From Tubiluchus corallicola (Eukaryota; Animalia; Priapulida): a stretch of 64,000 nucleotides of DNA. The position numbers and the translations under genes were made by a program. Below, one piece after another: positions 12,901 through 28,480 of this stretch. Position 1 is the first letter of the stretch. Each line of letters opens with the position of its first letter. The notes beneath the pieces are model-generated. The model did no database searches, had not been told where the DNA came from, and was given only the letters and a program-made list of their open reading frames with translations. The stretch is from assembly GCA_030141605.1 (NCBI GenBank), contig JAQGDQ010000210.1, forward strand, positions 124,001-188,000. The letters run 5' to 3'.

Positions 12901-14029
12901 AGATACATATGAGGTAGTAAACGTACTCAACATACCTTTACATTTGCTCTACCCCTGCGGCTGATGATAAGATAGTTTAAATATGATAATCGTTGTAACA
13001 CTTTAACTTTACGCACAGAATAATGATATATTTATAAAGACCTTTAATATATGACAATAATGATATACATCAATTGACGTCTTGTACACACGGATATTTT
13101 CAATTCAATCTTTATAAGCGTTGGACTAACGTACATCCACTGATATAGTGGGGCAATGTTTACGTTAGCTTCAACATCAACCAATACTAAATGGAACTTT
13201 CTTCATTCGTTAGTCGCTGAACACCAACGAGCAGGGCTTTTTTCCTTGCTAACAATAACATAGTTTGGGTAAACCAAGCACAATCACGCCACGTCTACAC
13301 GCAATCAGCGAACACATATTGGAAGCACATGCGTATCCGGTACGGGCAAATATCTTATACGCATAGTGTGCAGGCAGCATGCTGCAGGAAGCCATTAAAA
13401 CTTATTAACGTTACGGGGGAAAAGCTGTACTGAAGATGAATAGCTTCTTGTTCTCAGTCTCCAAGTGACTTTGGGAGCTTAACCTCAAATGACCGACCCG
13501 GATGTTCTGAGAAAGTCATCATACGGTCCACACGGAGAAATTAAATACGTCCACAGTAGCTCACAAGTCGTCCACAGGATTGTAAGTCATGTTATATGAG
13601 TTTGTAGCTGTTTGTGTACATGTCACTGTCTTGTTGGACACGTATGTTTGCGTAAACAGCACCCTTGCAGTTGTCTTGCGGCTGGCAAGACGTCAAAATA
13701 AATCGTTAATCAAAACTAGTACATGAACTCGTTGAACAGGCGAAGAAGCCATGGAATCTGCACAGAAGCCATTTATACTGTACGGACTACCAACGATTTT
13801 CAAATTCTATAGTAGTGTTTACAAGTCCACTTACGTAAACAATTTACACAGTCTGTTCTGTTTTTGTTTGTCTGTTTTGGCATTTTTCATGCTGTCAGTA
13901 CAGAGAATACATACTCTCATGTCTTAATTCAAAGGTGACCTGCTCGCTAATGTTCTAGTGCTGACAATTTAAAGTAAATTATTAAAAAGTCAGAAATAGA
14001 AAGAGTAAGAAAGACAGGAAACTAAAAGA

Positions 14030-14080
14030 GAGAGGGGAGGGAGGGAGAGAGGGGAGGGAGGGAGGGAGGGAAAGAGAGAC
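14030..14080. repeat. (GGGA)n/GA purine tract
   Basis: GGGGAGGGAGGGAGAGAGGGGAGGGAGGGAGGGAGGG read directly. Confidence 0.85.
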
Positions 14081-17000
14081 AGAGACTAAGGACAGAATAA
14101 GAAAGAGCAAGATATTGAATAAAATTGTACACCGAATCATAACTATCATCATATAAATATGCGAGAGGCATTACAAAGCGTGATCGATAAGGGTGGATAA
14201 ATATAAGAGATGGCCAAAAAGCAAGCATTCGTGAAAAATTCACTAAAAAATTCACTTCACTTTGCATTGGAATAAAACTTTTTGGTACGAAATAGATGCA
14301 TCTGTTATGAATAATACAAAGTTTACTTGCTTAGTTAGAAAATTATTAAAATTTCGAAATTTCTATGCAGTTTAAATAAAGAGGCTCAAAAGAAACAAAA
14401 AACGTTTATCCTTCAAACAATTGTTGGACTGTTGGAATTTTTTCCTGATACTACAATTACTTTTCTCAACCGAGATCGGAATGGGTCAATAGCTTCATTG
14501 GGAATAGACTGTGAGTCGTACTAATTTCTGATGCAATAAATACAATACAATCTTACTAATTTCTAGTTTTTTTTCACTTTTATGGGCTCGACGACAGTAT
14601 GAAGTATAAAATGCGGAATTCCTTAATAAAAATGAGCTAGTAAGTGCTGAAATGGTTCCAGCTTAAGCTACTAAATTTATACACAAAGGAATAGAAATTC
14701 TTGCCTCTGTGGCATTTTAAAAATATTTACTTTTTCTGCCCACTCTGTATATTGATCATTTTTCTCTTTTTGCAAAATCAGCATCTCGCTGTCAAAAAAT
14801 TTATATGCAGTTTAAGAAAGCAATGATTTTTCCCGTATAAACGGATCATAAAAGGTAACTTAACCTTAACATCAGTGAAAGTCAATGACAATACAGACTT
14901 ACTAAAAGCTAAAAAGTCACGTTTGATCACTACATAAACGTAGTATTCAGATTTCAAGCGACTTTTGAAGAGACACGAAAAGGGCAATGGAAATCTGGAA
15001 TGTAGCGTTCAAAACAACAGAAATGTCCTTTAAGATAGTAAATTCTGTAAATCTGGACACAAAATCTTATCGACAACTAGCTTAGCGTAATCTGATATTA
15101 CAAAAATTATAATTTTGATAGGAAAATCAATTTAATAACTGTGTTCGTTATAAGAGCAATAACGAAATACTATGCATTAGTCAAATGCAAAACCGAACAC
15201 TATATTGTAAAGACCGTATCTACAATTACGCTGCTTAGCATTAACGTAATTTAACTTCCATGTTCAATCAAAGTATTCAATCTATACATAAAGCAAAATT
15301 ATAGCTTTTTATATCAATACCTGCTAAAAATAACACGAATTTTCGAAGTTGCGATGTTGATTAAGGGTTTCCTCTTGATTTTTTGCACCAAACGCACGAA
15401 CTGCACTGAACACAGAAGTCTTTTTTACAGCAAACACGGAATGAACATGTTTTCTTAGGTGCTGCACATAATAAGTAAGCGCAACCTCGTTTCATGCCAC
15501 GCCACCATCTGCTAGTCGTTATATTATGATTTTCATGTCTATATATTGGAGACTATTTATGTTTGCACGCTGTACCACAGCCTCCAAATTGGCTGTATCG
15601 GTGCAGTTTTCTGATGCAAATGGAAAGCACGTCGAGCAGCGGTTTTCCGAGGCGTACGAAATCTAAAAGTGCGCAACATCGAAGCCCATACACATATGCA
15701 ATGCTGTTGCACCTATAACAGGCTGCAAGCCAGCTTCCATTAACAGTGTACAGTAAATTTACACGAACGCAAGTAAATTAGCCACTTGCAGATTACAATT
15801 CACATTAGCAAACAGGAAAAGCAATTAATATAAGGAAGCCAGGTTGTGCCAGCGATTTTAATTTGACGAACAGCTAAATTTATAGCTTACAAGTTTAGAG
15901 ACCCAGGAAACAAAGCGAACTAAATTACTGAACAGGAAGAAAAGGGAATTTTAAAATATATCCCAGAAAAGCTTCCCATACAAAGTTATATCACTTTACG
16001 CTACGCTTACCTGTTTGAAAGACATGTATAACACAAAAATTCTCAATTTAAAATGTCCGCGCTTGCTGGTAAAACCTCACTGGTTTACCAAAAAACACAT
16101 TATTACTGACTAGATAAACTTATACTTTTGCTTAGCTAGTGAAGAGTGTGCTACGAATGCTCTGATTATTTCTTCGAAATTTAAAGAATTATCTAACTTG
16201 TTCCAGAAGACGTACTGTCAAAATGTGCCTAACGGTCTCAGCGGAAGTTAAAATTTGAAATTCTCTACAGCGTTGCTGCTAATTCAAGCTCTGTATGCAA
16301 TAGCACGTAGGTGATGCACAATTTCAAAGCGATTTTTTAACTTAATGTAAGAATTGTGTTTCCTTGTGCTTTAAGCTTCTACTACACACCCCAGTATACA
16401 CAAACGCAATATTTTCACTAAGATCTACATACGCAGTAGAAAAGATGCTGATTTTTCTCTTATTCAAAAAGCAAAAAAACATTTAAGCAATCCTTGCGCT
16501 GTATTATAGATTTAAGCTAAAGGTTTAAACGATAGAGCGCAATTTCAGTGAAAAACGATTACAAGACAACTTCTAAAATCAAATTAGTTATGCATGAAAA
16601 GCACGCACAATGGTTACAACGGCCAGATTGCCAATGATAGCATAATATTATACTATATCTTTATGTAAACATTTTAGTACTTATTGATTTTCAATAATCA
16701 GACAACAAAGCGATGAATCAAGTCTTTCAGACGCGGTGTCTTACATCACCAAGTGCCCACATTCAAAGCAAATGCATTTATTGTTTCAATCATGGAGACT
16801 GCAGCTCGATAAGTGAATTTACTTGCTCACAAAATCAGAAGCCACCCTCTCCCTTAGCGGGATAGCCTGTTTCAAACATCCGCGCATCTTTTTTAAATTG
16901 TGAATTATAGGTCTCGAAGGCAGCGGTGCGGTTGCTATGGCAACGGCTTTGCATTAGATAAGAAGCGCTGTGAAATGTAAGTGACGTAACAGTGAATCTC

Positions 17001-17506
17001 CAATGCATATTAGAATAATTCCTGGGACGCAATGAAAATTAATTGCTAAATGGAACATGACAGGTTTCATCAAAGCCAGTTATGCTAGACTGCTCACTGG
17101 GCATTGCGTCATTACTCAGTAATAGTCACATTAATGAATGCAAATGAGGCAGTGTACACATAATGTATCTATAAACAAATATCTAAACAACCGTCATAAT
17201 AGGTATTTGCAGTTTTGTACTCAGCATGACACGCGTGAAATAAAAAGTTTAAACAATAAACAAATATTTTAATTACAACTTTTTAGCAGCCACAAATAAA
17301 ACGTTTTTGTCAATGTTAATCACACAACTGAAACAAATTTATAAACAAAAAGAATTTACAATAAATCAGAGGTTCATATTTCGTGCTGTAAAACTACTAA
17401 GCAACAGCATATGTACAAAGATTTACAAAATTTTTGGGGTACATCAATGCAACAGTCGAACTTACTCAAAATTAGTACACTTTCTACCAGCTTCGTATAG
17501 TGCTAC

Positions 17507-17876
17507 TTAAAGGAAGGGGCGAGTCACTTAGGATGTTGAGTTTATTTTATTGTTATCACTTAAACTTGGAAAAAGCTGACTATAAAGGGTAAAGGTAATT
17601 TACACTACCGCTGTATAGAAATTTTTCACACGAGGTAGTAGCCGCCATTCACTTGAAAATCATAACGTAACTGCTGGACGTCTTGTATTATTCTTGCACG
17701 CGTGTCGCGAACGCAAATGTATCATTCATTAGCTTTAGCACATGCATCGCGGCTTTCCGCAAGCGCGCGTTGCTTCAACTAATTCAACTTCTAATTTTTA
17801 ACTTCACAAAAACAGCACAAAATTAGCTATCTAATTTTTTGCAAAAACTTCCAAGAAGGCTTGGCCTTTCCTTTAA
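17507..17876 (+). mobile_element. MITE family A copy 2, internally deleted, both termini intact
   Basis: TTAA|AGGAAGGGGCGAGTC ... GGCTTGGCCTTTCCT|TTAA: imperfect TIR (11/15) with TTAA on both sides. Interior is homologous to copies 1, 3 and 4. Confidence 0.85.
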
Positions 17877-17931
17877 AAACAGAAGAGAAAGCTTAACGCG
17901 TTACTATGATTTCCCAATAACCCAACTGGGT

Positions 17932-18812
17932 ATGTGTGGGATATAATGGTGTATATAAATGTATTGCAAGCCCACAATATGTGTGGGATATAGTGGTATA
18001 TACAAGGGTATTGCAAGCCCACAATATGTATGGGATATAGTGGTATATACAAGGGTATTGCAAGCCCACAATATGTGTGGGATATAGTGGTATATACAAG
18101 GGTATTGCAAGTCCACAATATGTGTGGGATATAGTGGTATGTATAAGTGTATTGCAAGCCCACAATATGGGTGGGATATAGTGGTATATATACGTGTATT
18201 GCAAGCCCACAATATGTATGGGATATAATGGTATATATAAATGCATTGCAAGCCCACAATATGTGTGGGATATAGTGGTATATATAAGTGTATTGCAAGC
18301 CCACAATATGTGTGGGATATAGTGGTATATATAAGTGTATTGCACGCCTACTTTGAGTGTGGTATATATAAGTGTATTGCAAGCCCACAATATGCATAGG
18401 ATATAGTGGTATATATAAGTGTATTGCAAGCCCACAATATGTGTAGGATATAGTGGTATATATAAGTGTATTGCAAGCCCACAATATGTGTAGGATATAG
18501 TGGTATATATAAGTGTATTGCAAGCCCACAATATGTGTGGGATATAGTGGTATATATAAGTGTATTGCAAGCCCACAATATGTGTGGGATATAGTGGTAT
18601 ATATAAGTGTATTGCAAGCCCACAATATGTGCAGGATATAGTGGTATATATAAGTGTATTGCAAGCCCACAATATGTGTAGGATATAGTGGTATATACAA
18701 GTGTATTGCAAGCCTACAATGTGTGGGATACAGTGGTATATATAAGTGTATTGCAAGCCCACAACATGTGTAGGACATAATGGTATATATAAGTGTATTG
18801 CAAGCCCACAAA
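17932..18812. repeat. 47-bp minisatellite, ~18 copies
   Basis: Unit ATGTGTGGGATATAGTGGTATATATAAGTGTATTGCAAGCCCACAAT, with one interruption near 18343-18360. Confidence 0.97.
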
Positions 18813-19102
18813 TAAATAGGCTGTGTATTGCGCAGCGCAACAAGTAAAAGAAAACCAGAAACCAGCCATGTCTAATGTTTACAAACATTACAACTTTACA
18901 ACAGCTTCCAGACAACGTTTACTGCAGGTCAGAGTCCAAGTGTGTCTACTGTAAACGCCATCATACAGTGACGCTTGGCTTCTTTACGAGGCATCGATAC
19001 TGCCAAGGAAACATTTATAAACGCGACATTGCTACCTTTGCAATATATAAGCATTAATTCAGGAAGGAGTGTTGTCAACCACCGAGTTTCTACTTCCGTC
19101 AC

Positions 19103-19364
19103 TTAAAGGAAACATTGACCGTCCCAGATGTTTTTTTAAAATTTGAAGTTTTTTTTAAGAAAGCAACAGCGTAGAGAAAACGACAGAAAACGTAGTAAAG
19201 AAGATAAACATGCATACATTAAAAAACACACTGAAGTGGAGTCGAACCACTCGACTCAGTAAATTAAAGATTCACTTATTGTCAATGCAGCTGCATTTAT
19301 TAACAACGTGCCATTATAGACCTGTTTTGTAAGAAAACTCAGATGTGTCAATGCTTATCTTTTT
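19103..19364. mobile_element. Possible short decayed TTAA/AGG MITE
   Basis: Left end TTAAAGGAAACATTGAC; right end GTCAATGCTTATCTTTT is an imperfect reverse complement of it. Confidence 0.35.
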
Positions 19365-19469
19365 GGTGTTTTTTGCTTCAAAATCGAGTTTGGTTCAGCA
19401 AGATTCGAATTCGACTAAACTCGGTAAATTAGTGGTTTGACGCCTTCGACGTAGGCCTACTACCGTAGC

Positions 19470-20055
19470 AACGTACATTTTTGACCCAAGATGTAGCCTA
19501 CCAGCGTAGTAACATTTTTCACCCAAGATGTAGCATAGTAGTCTAGTAAAATTTCTCACCCCAAGATGTAACCTACTAGCCTAGTAACATTTCTCACCCC
19601 AAGATGTAACCTACTAGCCTAGTAACATTTCTCACCCCAAGATGTAACCTACTAGCCTAGTAACATTTCTTACCCAAAATGTAACCTACTAGCCTAGTGA
19701 CATTTTTCACCCAAGACGTACCCTACTAGTCTGGTAACATTTCTCACCCCAAGATGTCATCTACTAGCCTAGAAACATTTTTCACAAAAGGCATAAAGCT
19801 ATAGTAGCTTAGCAACATTTTTCATCCAAAATATAGACTCCTAGCAACATTTTTCACAAAAGATATAAAGCTATAGTAGCTTAACAACATTTTTCATCCA
19901 AAATATAGACTCCTAGCAACATTTTACATAGAGGTCTAGTATCTTAGCAACATCTTTCATCCAAAAGGTAGACTTATTAGCCAAGCAACATTTTTCACCC
20001 AACATGCAAGCCAACTAGCATAGCAACGTATTTTAACATTTTTCACCCAAGACTG
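19470..20055. repeat. 38-bp degenerate minisatellite, ~15 copies
   Basis: Unit TAACATTTCTCACCCCAAGATGTAACCTACTAGCCTAG; homogeneous at 19560-19700 and diverging towards both edges. Confidence 0.9.
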
Positions 20056-22634
20056 GGCTTACTGGTCAAGCAACATATTTTGTCACTTGGTCAAACATTT
20101 CAAAAATGCCGATATTATTTCAAATGACCCTAACTAAAAATGACATTTTTGTTATTTTAGGGCATATCATTTGGCAATAAAGTTTTTTGGAGAACTACGT
20201 TATTATTTCTATCTGGAATTTTGACGAAACTACTATGTAAATCGTTACAAGGTATCGTTCTCAATACACAACAGACAAGCAAACTTTCTGACTGTTTATT
20301 CATTAAAACGCAAGTTTTTACCATATCTGAAAAATCAATCGGTTGCAGCTAAAGCCGACTGAGGCCATCTTGCACGCTTTATTAATATGATTATTTACGT
20401 GAAGCAAATGAAATTTGTCTTTGTAAGAGGCTTAACAAAGGGCAGTCAGTCCAGCATGAGTCATACCAATGAATTTAATCATCGCATCAATCGACAGATA
20501 ATGCACACAATTCCAACCCAGAGGGGTGCTCACCCCCACACGTGTTTGATTTCAATAGTGGTTGATGGCGTTTGTTTATATTCAAAAATGCAAGACGCAC
20601 CAGAGAATCTTGGTTACTTGCTGGTTTATTTTTTTGCCATATAAATTTAGTTAAAACAAGAATGCTTCGCCACATTATTGGCATCTACACAAACAGATAA
20701 CTTTGCATTTACGACCCAATACTAAAGGAATGATTTAATCAAATATTATGTCACAGGACATTGTGAAGCCTCCACTAATCTAAGCAGTTAAATCGTAATA
20801 TGACATACAACTTAGTGAAAACTTGGTGAAAATTATATTTCTATTTTTACAGGCTATTTACAGGGTAAACTATTTCTCCAAAGCAGCTGCAGCACTCATT
20901 TTAACTTCATTTTAACTTAAATTATATTAACGGAAAAGAATTACATTCTAAACTCTACAGGAAGCATATCTACTTTTGCAAAGTTTTTAAAAGGGTATGC
21001 ATTGTTTTTAAACTGGCTTGAAGCCTGCTACTTTTGACAATGTCTTATCAAAGGTTTTCACAAGACTAACCAAGAAGACAGCAAGCTTCTGCTACATCAT
21101 GGCCAATCTTTGGCATGTAACGGATACAAGTTAAACAGTAATGTTAAAAAAATTTGGACAAGTGTCATTTGAGAATTTTTACACGTACGTTCAAAAGATT
21201 TCCGGGATTGTCTACACATCCTTTTTACTTCCACGATGGCGTCATTGAAACCAGCAATGAAACTTCATAAATGAGGTTGTTATATGTATCAAATTGCCTA
21301 ATAAAATGCCGAACACATGTAAGTAAAGAGCGCCATAAAACCTCAAACAGAAATATCCGCACTTCTCATACAAAATCTCAAAAGATTTTCTCTCAAAGAA
21401 TTCGTTAAGCTTCTTTCATAGTGTTAATAAGAAAATATGCACACAATACTTAGAAACATTGGACAGTGACTAAAATATGACAGAACAGGGCAAAAATATG
21501 ACAGAACAGGACAAAAAGGTTAAGTAAAACTGTATAAACGAGCCATTTAATATTTTAATGTTACTTGGGATTTAAAAGCAGAAAGCCATTAGCTAGTATT
21601 TTAGTAAGGCAGTAAACAAACTGTCATATTTAATAATTTAAACTGCTAACAGCATATTCTCAGAGAAATTGAAAAAAATTACAAGACACCAATTTTTCAA
21701 ATATAAATCAATTTAACGTACTTTTGAAGCTAATTTTACATTTTAAATAAATTTCGCTTAGTGTAGCAAAGAGCATCAAAACAACAGCCTCCCAGATGAC
21801 ACTTAATTTGTTGTAACTCTATTTAACAATTAAATATTACTTATAGATTATACAGATTTACAGGAACGAGTGTAAATTCAGTAAAATAGTTTAGGAATAC
21901 AAGTTTTAGTTAAGAAGGATAGAAAAATGGTTAGTGCAGTTACTTACCAATTATTATTTTAAATTATCTACTTGGTTCATACACAAAATGAAGAAATGTG
22001 AGACTTCCCCACACTGTACGTTCATATAACATGTGCCGCCAGCACTGTTTACACAAGATTTCAAAAATGCAGCTTAAACTGAGAACATGCATACGCTAAC
22101 TACACGCCGGTACAGCTTTACTACAGCCTTGTCCTAACGCTGGGTCCCATTGGCCTTTGTGCTGCTTCAAGGCTGATAAATCAATAAAATTCTTTTATTT
22201 ATGTGTGCAGCCTGACTGCAGCATCTCCACTGGAAGCCATTTTAAAGCGGTCATGTGGAGGACATGCTGGCTTCTCTAGTATTAATTTTAACGATTTGTA
22301 AAATTGCCTGACCAAAAATGACCAGCGGAGATATAAAATAAAGAAAAAATGTTCAATCTGAGTGATTGCAGTAATTTAATAAGAACTTCAAAGTTCATAT
22401 TTCATTTGTTTGCTATTTGCAACTTTCCTACATTCCACACTATAAAGGAATTTTATCACTGGAATCTGTTACTAGCAGTGACAATGCTACTTTAAAGGAA
22501 GCCAATGCACAAAAATAGACCCATTAAGAAATCTCAGACCATTTTTGTTGTAACTGCCGTACGTATTGATTTTTCAATGTTTCGTTATTTAAAACCAAAA
22601 TAACGGTTTAAGAGACTAGTCACAATAATAATCA

Positions 22635-22772
<138 letters not shown>

Positions 22773-25700
22773 CCAGCGTGCCCTATTACAACTTACTGTT
22801 GATTATTTCGAGATGATTTTTATAACAGAAGTTTTGACACAACTGCTTTAGCCATGTGAATACAACATCTTGGACACAAGATGCAGGTCAATACGAATAC
22901 AGAATTTTCAACAAATATATGTAAACCGGAGAATCAAATCAAGTATTTTAGACAATGATTATTTAGACACACAGCAAAGACATATTGATAATTTGAAGAA
23001 AACGTAACCTAGACCTATGTGCAATATGTGGAAGGCAAGTAGCATCCCATGTGGTACATCATGGTATCACAGTCCCTATGTTAATTTAAATGCAGAATCT
23101 TACTAGTGTTCAGTGGATCTAGTGCATATTCTGCAGCAAGAGTTGCTATGGCACATGGAGTCTAAGCACCCACAGACTTCAGGCAGGAATCATTTTAACA
23201 TGTTTCTATCCTGTTCATCAGAGAGAAGCCAATATGCTATTCATTATTATCATTTGATACCTTGCACTCAATCAAAATAAATGCACTTCTTTTATCATAT
23301 TTTTACAAGCAGGGTTTTGATACACTGCCTTTTCCTCGTCCATCTTTAAGCTGTATCTACTTTAGGATATCCTCATTTATACCTATTTGAGATCTTTTAG
23401 CATCCTACTGTCTGTGGCAACACACAAACTTCGCTATCCAAAATGTAAAAAATATGAAATATTTCACTTAGTCACAGAAGCAAGTGCCTGCATAATGATA
23501 ACAGCAACAAAACTTATAATCATGAAATTGTCTATTACACTGTTAGCTGATCCACTTACTAATTCCATATGTAAGAGCCATTGGACGTTACTGTCTTTCC
23601 AACGCAGAGGTATTTTTTGTTGTAAATGATTCAAGCATAGTATCACACAGAGCATCACAAGCAAGGTATCACAGCTTCAGTATTGAATTACTATAATTAG
23701 AGACAGTAATAAGCTTTTAGTGTATTTATTTGAGTACTAATGGCACTTTTGAAATTTCTATTTGTCTTGTTGCTAGGCTTGTGCAAAATTTCATTTGTTT
23801 CAGTCATGATTGTGATGCATAGAAACTGTTCATGTATCATGTACCAAAACAAAAAAGTCAGTGCTGTCTTTCCACAAAGAGAACAGAAAGAGCGATGAAC
23901 GCCTCTGCTATTGGTCAGCATCTTATGTCATACACACAGTGTGCAAATGGAAAGAGCTGATATACAGTCTCTTGTTAGTTCAAGGAATGCAGAATTCAAA
24001 ACATTTTACTTGCTGATCTAATGTCTTGTAAAAAAAACAGCATGTGTCTGTCAGTGAAGAGTGAGATGTGCAGAAAATGTAAGATTTCTCGTATTTTTAA
24101 AAAGTTGTATACGAAAAACGAATTTGTCCTTGACAACCTTAGGAGGGTTTTTGGCAAAATTCGAAGCAAAAACTAACTCCTTAGTGAAAGAACTCAATTA
24201 TAAGTAAAAATCTTAATTAATGCCATAATCAGAAATGCTTATTACTAATGATGCTTAAAACTGTCCGCTTTGCCAGGTCAACAAGAGTTGAACTTGCCGG
24301 ATCATTTAACTTGATCTTTAACAAGCAAGAGGTTTATATACGACATCGAAGATCATATTATTTCTTGGTACTCAAAAATTGCCTAACTAGCCTTGACTTT
24401 CACAATGCTGCTCATTATGCTAGCAGGCTCATTTCGACCACAAGTGCAGACTTTTCTCTAGTCTGTCATCTCTCCTCTTCAGTACCTGCCTCAGCCTCTC
24501 TCTTTCTTCTCTACACACAGGTACATCTTTACGAAAAAAATTATTTTGAAAAGCAAATATAGCAAAAAGGTGAAAAATATTTAGGAAAAACCATACAAAA
24601 CCTTGTTGGGCATGGCGTGAATGTCGAGATCTAAAGTAGCATACAAGTATGCAAATACATGCCTTCTGCTCTATTATTATTTGATGTCTCTTAAGTAAAA
24701 CCCAAAATTTACGCTCAATGAGAAATTCACTTAATGCAAGGCAAGTTCCACATTGCCGCTGTTGTCTTTCCAAGAGGTAGTGATGGTTTATACAGGTTGC
24801 CATGTAAGCCATATTTTTGATAAAGACAAACACTGCAAAATTTATTCATATTCGAGTGAGAAGAATAGCCAAAAATAAGCTACACCTATGAGACAAATTC
24901 CAAAATAGTATATAAGTAATCTTTATTTAAAATCAGTTGCTCATATTTAACACAAACTTTAATAGCAGAGAGGCACCACATTTACAAATAGCCCTGCCAC
25001 TCAGCTGTTTACCTATTTACCGGACCTGTCCCGGCATCGGCTTGCCAGATTTTGTGCTTGGCTTGTTTCGGCTTGGCACTATCCCACCAAACCCAAGTTC
25101 TGGCAAACTAGAGGTTCTTTACATCACCACCTAATACGGTGGTGCAATTTTATGTTAATTTCTGTAATTTCGCTATGCAGTGTGCAGTTATTTCACATTG
25201 ATTTATTCAAAAAATTTCTTAGGACACATTGAAGTTTTCTATGTCTCCGTATTTATGAAACCTTGCACCTTTTCTGAGTTGACATACGCAGTTAGCAAGT
25301 AATGTCCCACTTACTACATACTTTCAATTAATCTGGTTGTCGAAATAAATCACAAAAAACGTTTTCACTCGCATATGTTACGAGGATGCCACCATGTTGG
25401 GCATTTTCACTGGCACATGCTAGATTTGAACCACACCACTTACTCATGCACAAAATGAACTATTAATTTAAAAAAAATAAATATACGAAAGAAAACAAAC
25501 AAAATACAAATATATTTGCCTAAAATGTATGCTGTTTGTATTTCGATATATTTTTACGCAAAACCTAGTAAGAGATTGATTTTTACTTGTTGAAACTCTG
25601 TTACATTGACTTTTCATGATGCAGTGGAACAAAATTACTTATCCACCATGCAACATGTGTGTATTGGCAGCAAAAAAGTAAAAACAGTGATTTGGCAGTT

Positions 25701-28371
25701 TATTTTTATGAAAATGATATGAATGAGAATACTGTAAATCTTTGAAAATTATATGAAAGCAGCATGAATACTAGTCTGAGTAATTGGATGCTACTTTTAC
25801 TACTAGAAACTTTTTAGACGTTGACAAAAACCTGCGATATGTGCTTTCACTGCATTGCATTTTGCAATTTCTGATTGAATTTTTTGACAAATGTGCTTCC
25901 AATCATGCGAAAGTTATTTCTTAATTATGCAAAATAAAAGCTGCTAGTGCATTAAGAGACCATAGACATATTTAAATGAAAAACCAGTTTATATCCGGAT
26001 CTAACCCGGGTCTGTATGCCAAAATCTGTTGTCCCATCTCTAATTTACAAACACTTGATTACATGTAGTTACATGCTTATGCTTGATAAAAAAGTACATA
26101 ACCTAAGCTTGACTTGATGAATGTATAAGTGGCAGCTGCTGGCAAGAAGACTTTTCTCAGTCTCATGCAGCCAAACAATGTTACTGCATGACTGTTGAGT
26201 ATTGATTAGCATGAACTTTTTATTATACCACACCAGACATAGAAAGATATTATTCTCAAATATCACAGAGACAGATATAAATTTAGGCGACTGTTGTTGC
26301 GAAAAGTTGGCTAATTTAATGTTGTACTGTCTGACATCATTATTTGCTTACTGGTTGTTTTTTTAAGGTGAATCGACATGGAATTATCGGTTGAAGTCAA
26401 GGAACCCATAGTCAACATCTTACCTATTTTCTGGAAATACCTAGCAAATCCGCTTCAATTGGTTTTAAGAAAAGCGGAAAAAATATATTTTCAATTGCCA
26501 AAAAGGATTTGTTTAACTGTTTAAAATTTGGAATGAATACATGTTAAGAACATCATTATTAATATTTATTATTTTGTAAAAGAAATTATAAAGAATATTT
26601 GAAAAATATTTAAAGCAGTTTTTATTTTTAGTGGTGACTTACTTGCAAATGTGTCTTCTATACATGTTGTTTGTTTTCAAAAAGAGGACTTAACTAGGTT
26701 CCTCCGTGTGCTCAAGCAAGACAGAGTTGTCAAACACTTTTTTTGTTTAACGCCTTAGATACGCAGGAACGTGCAAACATCAAAGATTATAGGAGCAAAT
26801 TTGTATTAATGCTACACCACTAGTTGCAAAGCCTGCCTAGCTGTTCTCCTGTGTAGAGGCTCCTTATTGCATAACTGCAACGGATGCACTGAGAGACCTA
26901 CTAGGTGCATCTAAAAATTTCAGCAAAAATGGACTTACCAATACTAGTTTTTTTAATTCAAAGGCAATAACTCGCTTAACAATTTTCAGATCATAATATC
27001 ATTTGGTGATAAAATGCAGCATGGTTTTATGAATCTCTGATACCAATTACTTAATTTTGGCCAAAAATGAACTTACTGAGTTTTTCGTGGAAACGATGTA
27101 CAGAACGGGGTGGGGTACTTGTATGCCGTAAATAAAATAAATTTGCTATTTTTATGCCGTAAATAAAATAAATAGTTTTAAAAACATTTTGCATCTTAAA
27201 ATGCTATACATTAATGAATAACTATAATACGGTTATCAACCTTTTCATCGCCCAATATTACTACATTATTATTACTACTACTACTGTACTAGTACTACTG
27301 CTTTTTCTACTACTAGGCTTACAATGGTAAAGAACTAAACAAAATATTAATTCAGCAAGCTGTCACTTAAGGCCATAATTGTACAAATTACCTGTAGACA
27401 AGAGAATGTGATTGTCAAAACGATGCAAATAAATAAAAAACAGAAAAAAATGCTGAATAACTAAATCTCCCGAGGAAAAATCTTAGCGGCTTCTCACGCT
27501 TTTCTTCTTTGTGTATTTGTTTTGCGAGTGCCTAGTTAGCGCGGCGCACCATTTGATCATTTCCTCGTAGGTTTTCTCAAACGCAGCACTTTGTGCCCGT
27601 ATCAAAATGATATCATAAAGCGTGGTGTATATAATTACAAAACAACCATTGAGCAACCGACGTAGGACTACGTTTCGTCGAAAAAACAAATATTAATATT
27701 AGTAATAATATTAGTCCAGTTGCGTAGTTTAGCTAATTGTATTTTTTTCAGCTATTTGAAAACAATCATAATTGTTTGTGTAATAATACTTTTTTATTCT
27801 GTCGTAATAAGCACCTTCTGTTATTTGTGAGCCATAAGAATTAAACAGTGCATAGTGTAATGTACTTAAAAGAATTCAAATTTAAACCTTAATATCCTAA
27901 CTTAATTACCTAGCCTGTTGGCACTAGCTTCTAGTTTTACAACTATCACAAAATCAGTAGTAAAGAAAATTAATAAATTTTAATAAACATTAACAAAAAT
28001 AAAAAATGTTGTTATAAAGATAATTAAAAAAATTAAATGATAAGTAGCTGATGTAGCTCAAAAATTATGATACTGAGAAGAGAAGCTAAGAAAAATTTGA
28101 ACGAAGTCGTATTTAAAATTTTTAAACCAAGGTTCCAAGACAGGATGCTAATGATTTAAGTCCTTGGTTAATGACATCTTGGTAATAGAAAAGTGAATTA
28201 TCATTTAAAATGTTCCATTGCTCAGTTGTGCTGCTGTTACTCAATTTACTCGCATGGTTATCATCTCTTGCAAATTACAAATCTCTTGCAAAAGCAGTGC
28301 CACATGTCTTCATGTAGCACACTATTGCAATGTATTATTGTCAGTAGAAAGAAAATGGTAGAAACAGACTG

Positions 28372-28386
28372 AGAGAAAGAGAGAGG

Positions 28387-28478
<92 letters not shown>
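28372..28478. repeat. (GA)n microsatellite
   Basis: Read directly. Confidence 0.98.

Positions 28479-28480
<2 letters not shown>

Noticed and set aside
13425-13525. Penelope-like terminal repeat or minimal hammerhead (CTGAAGATGA...ACCCGGATG..CTGAGAA)
   Set aside because: There is no properly placed GAAA or stem II; the resemblance is too degenerate to call.
17873-18915. Long minus-strand ORFs (312 and 340 aa)
   Set aside because: They are translations of the 47-bp minisatellite. The same peptides cycle through all frames because the unit lacks stops on that strand, and no domain is recognisable.
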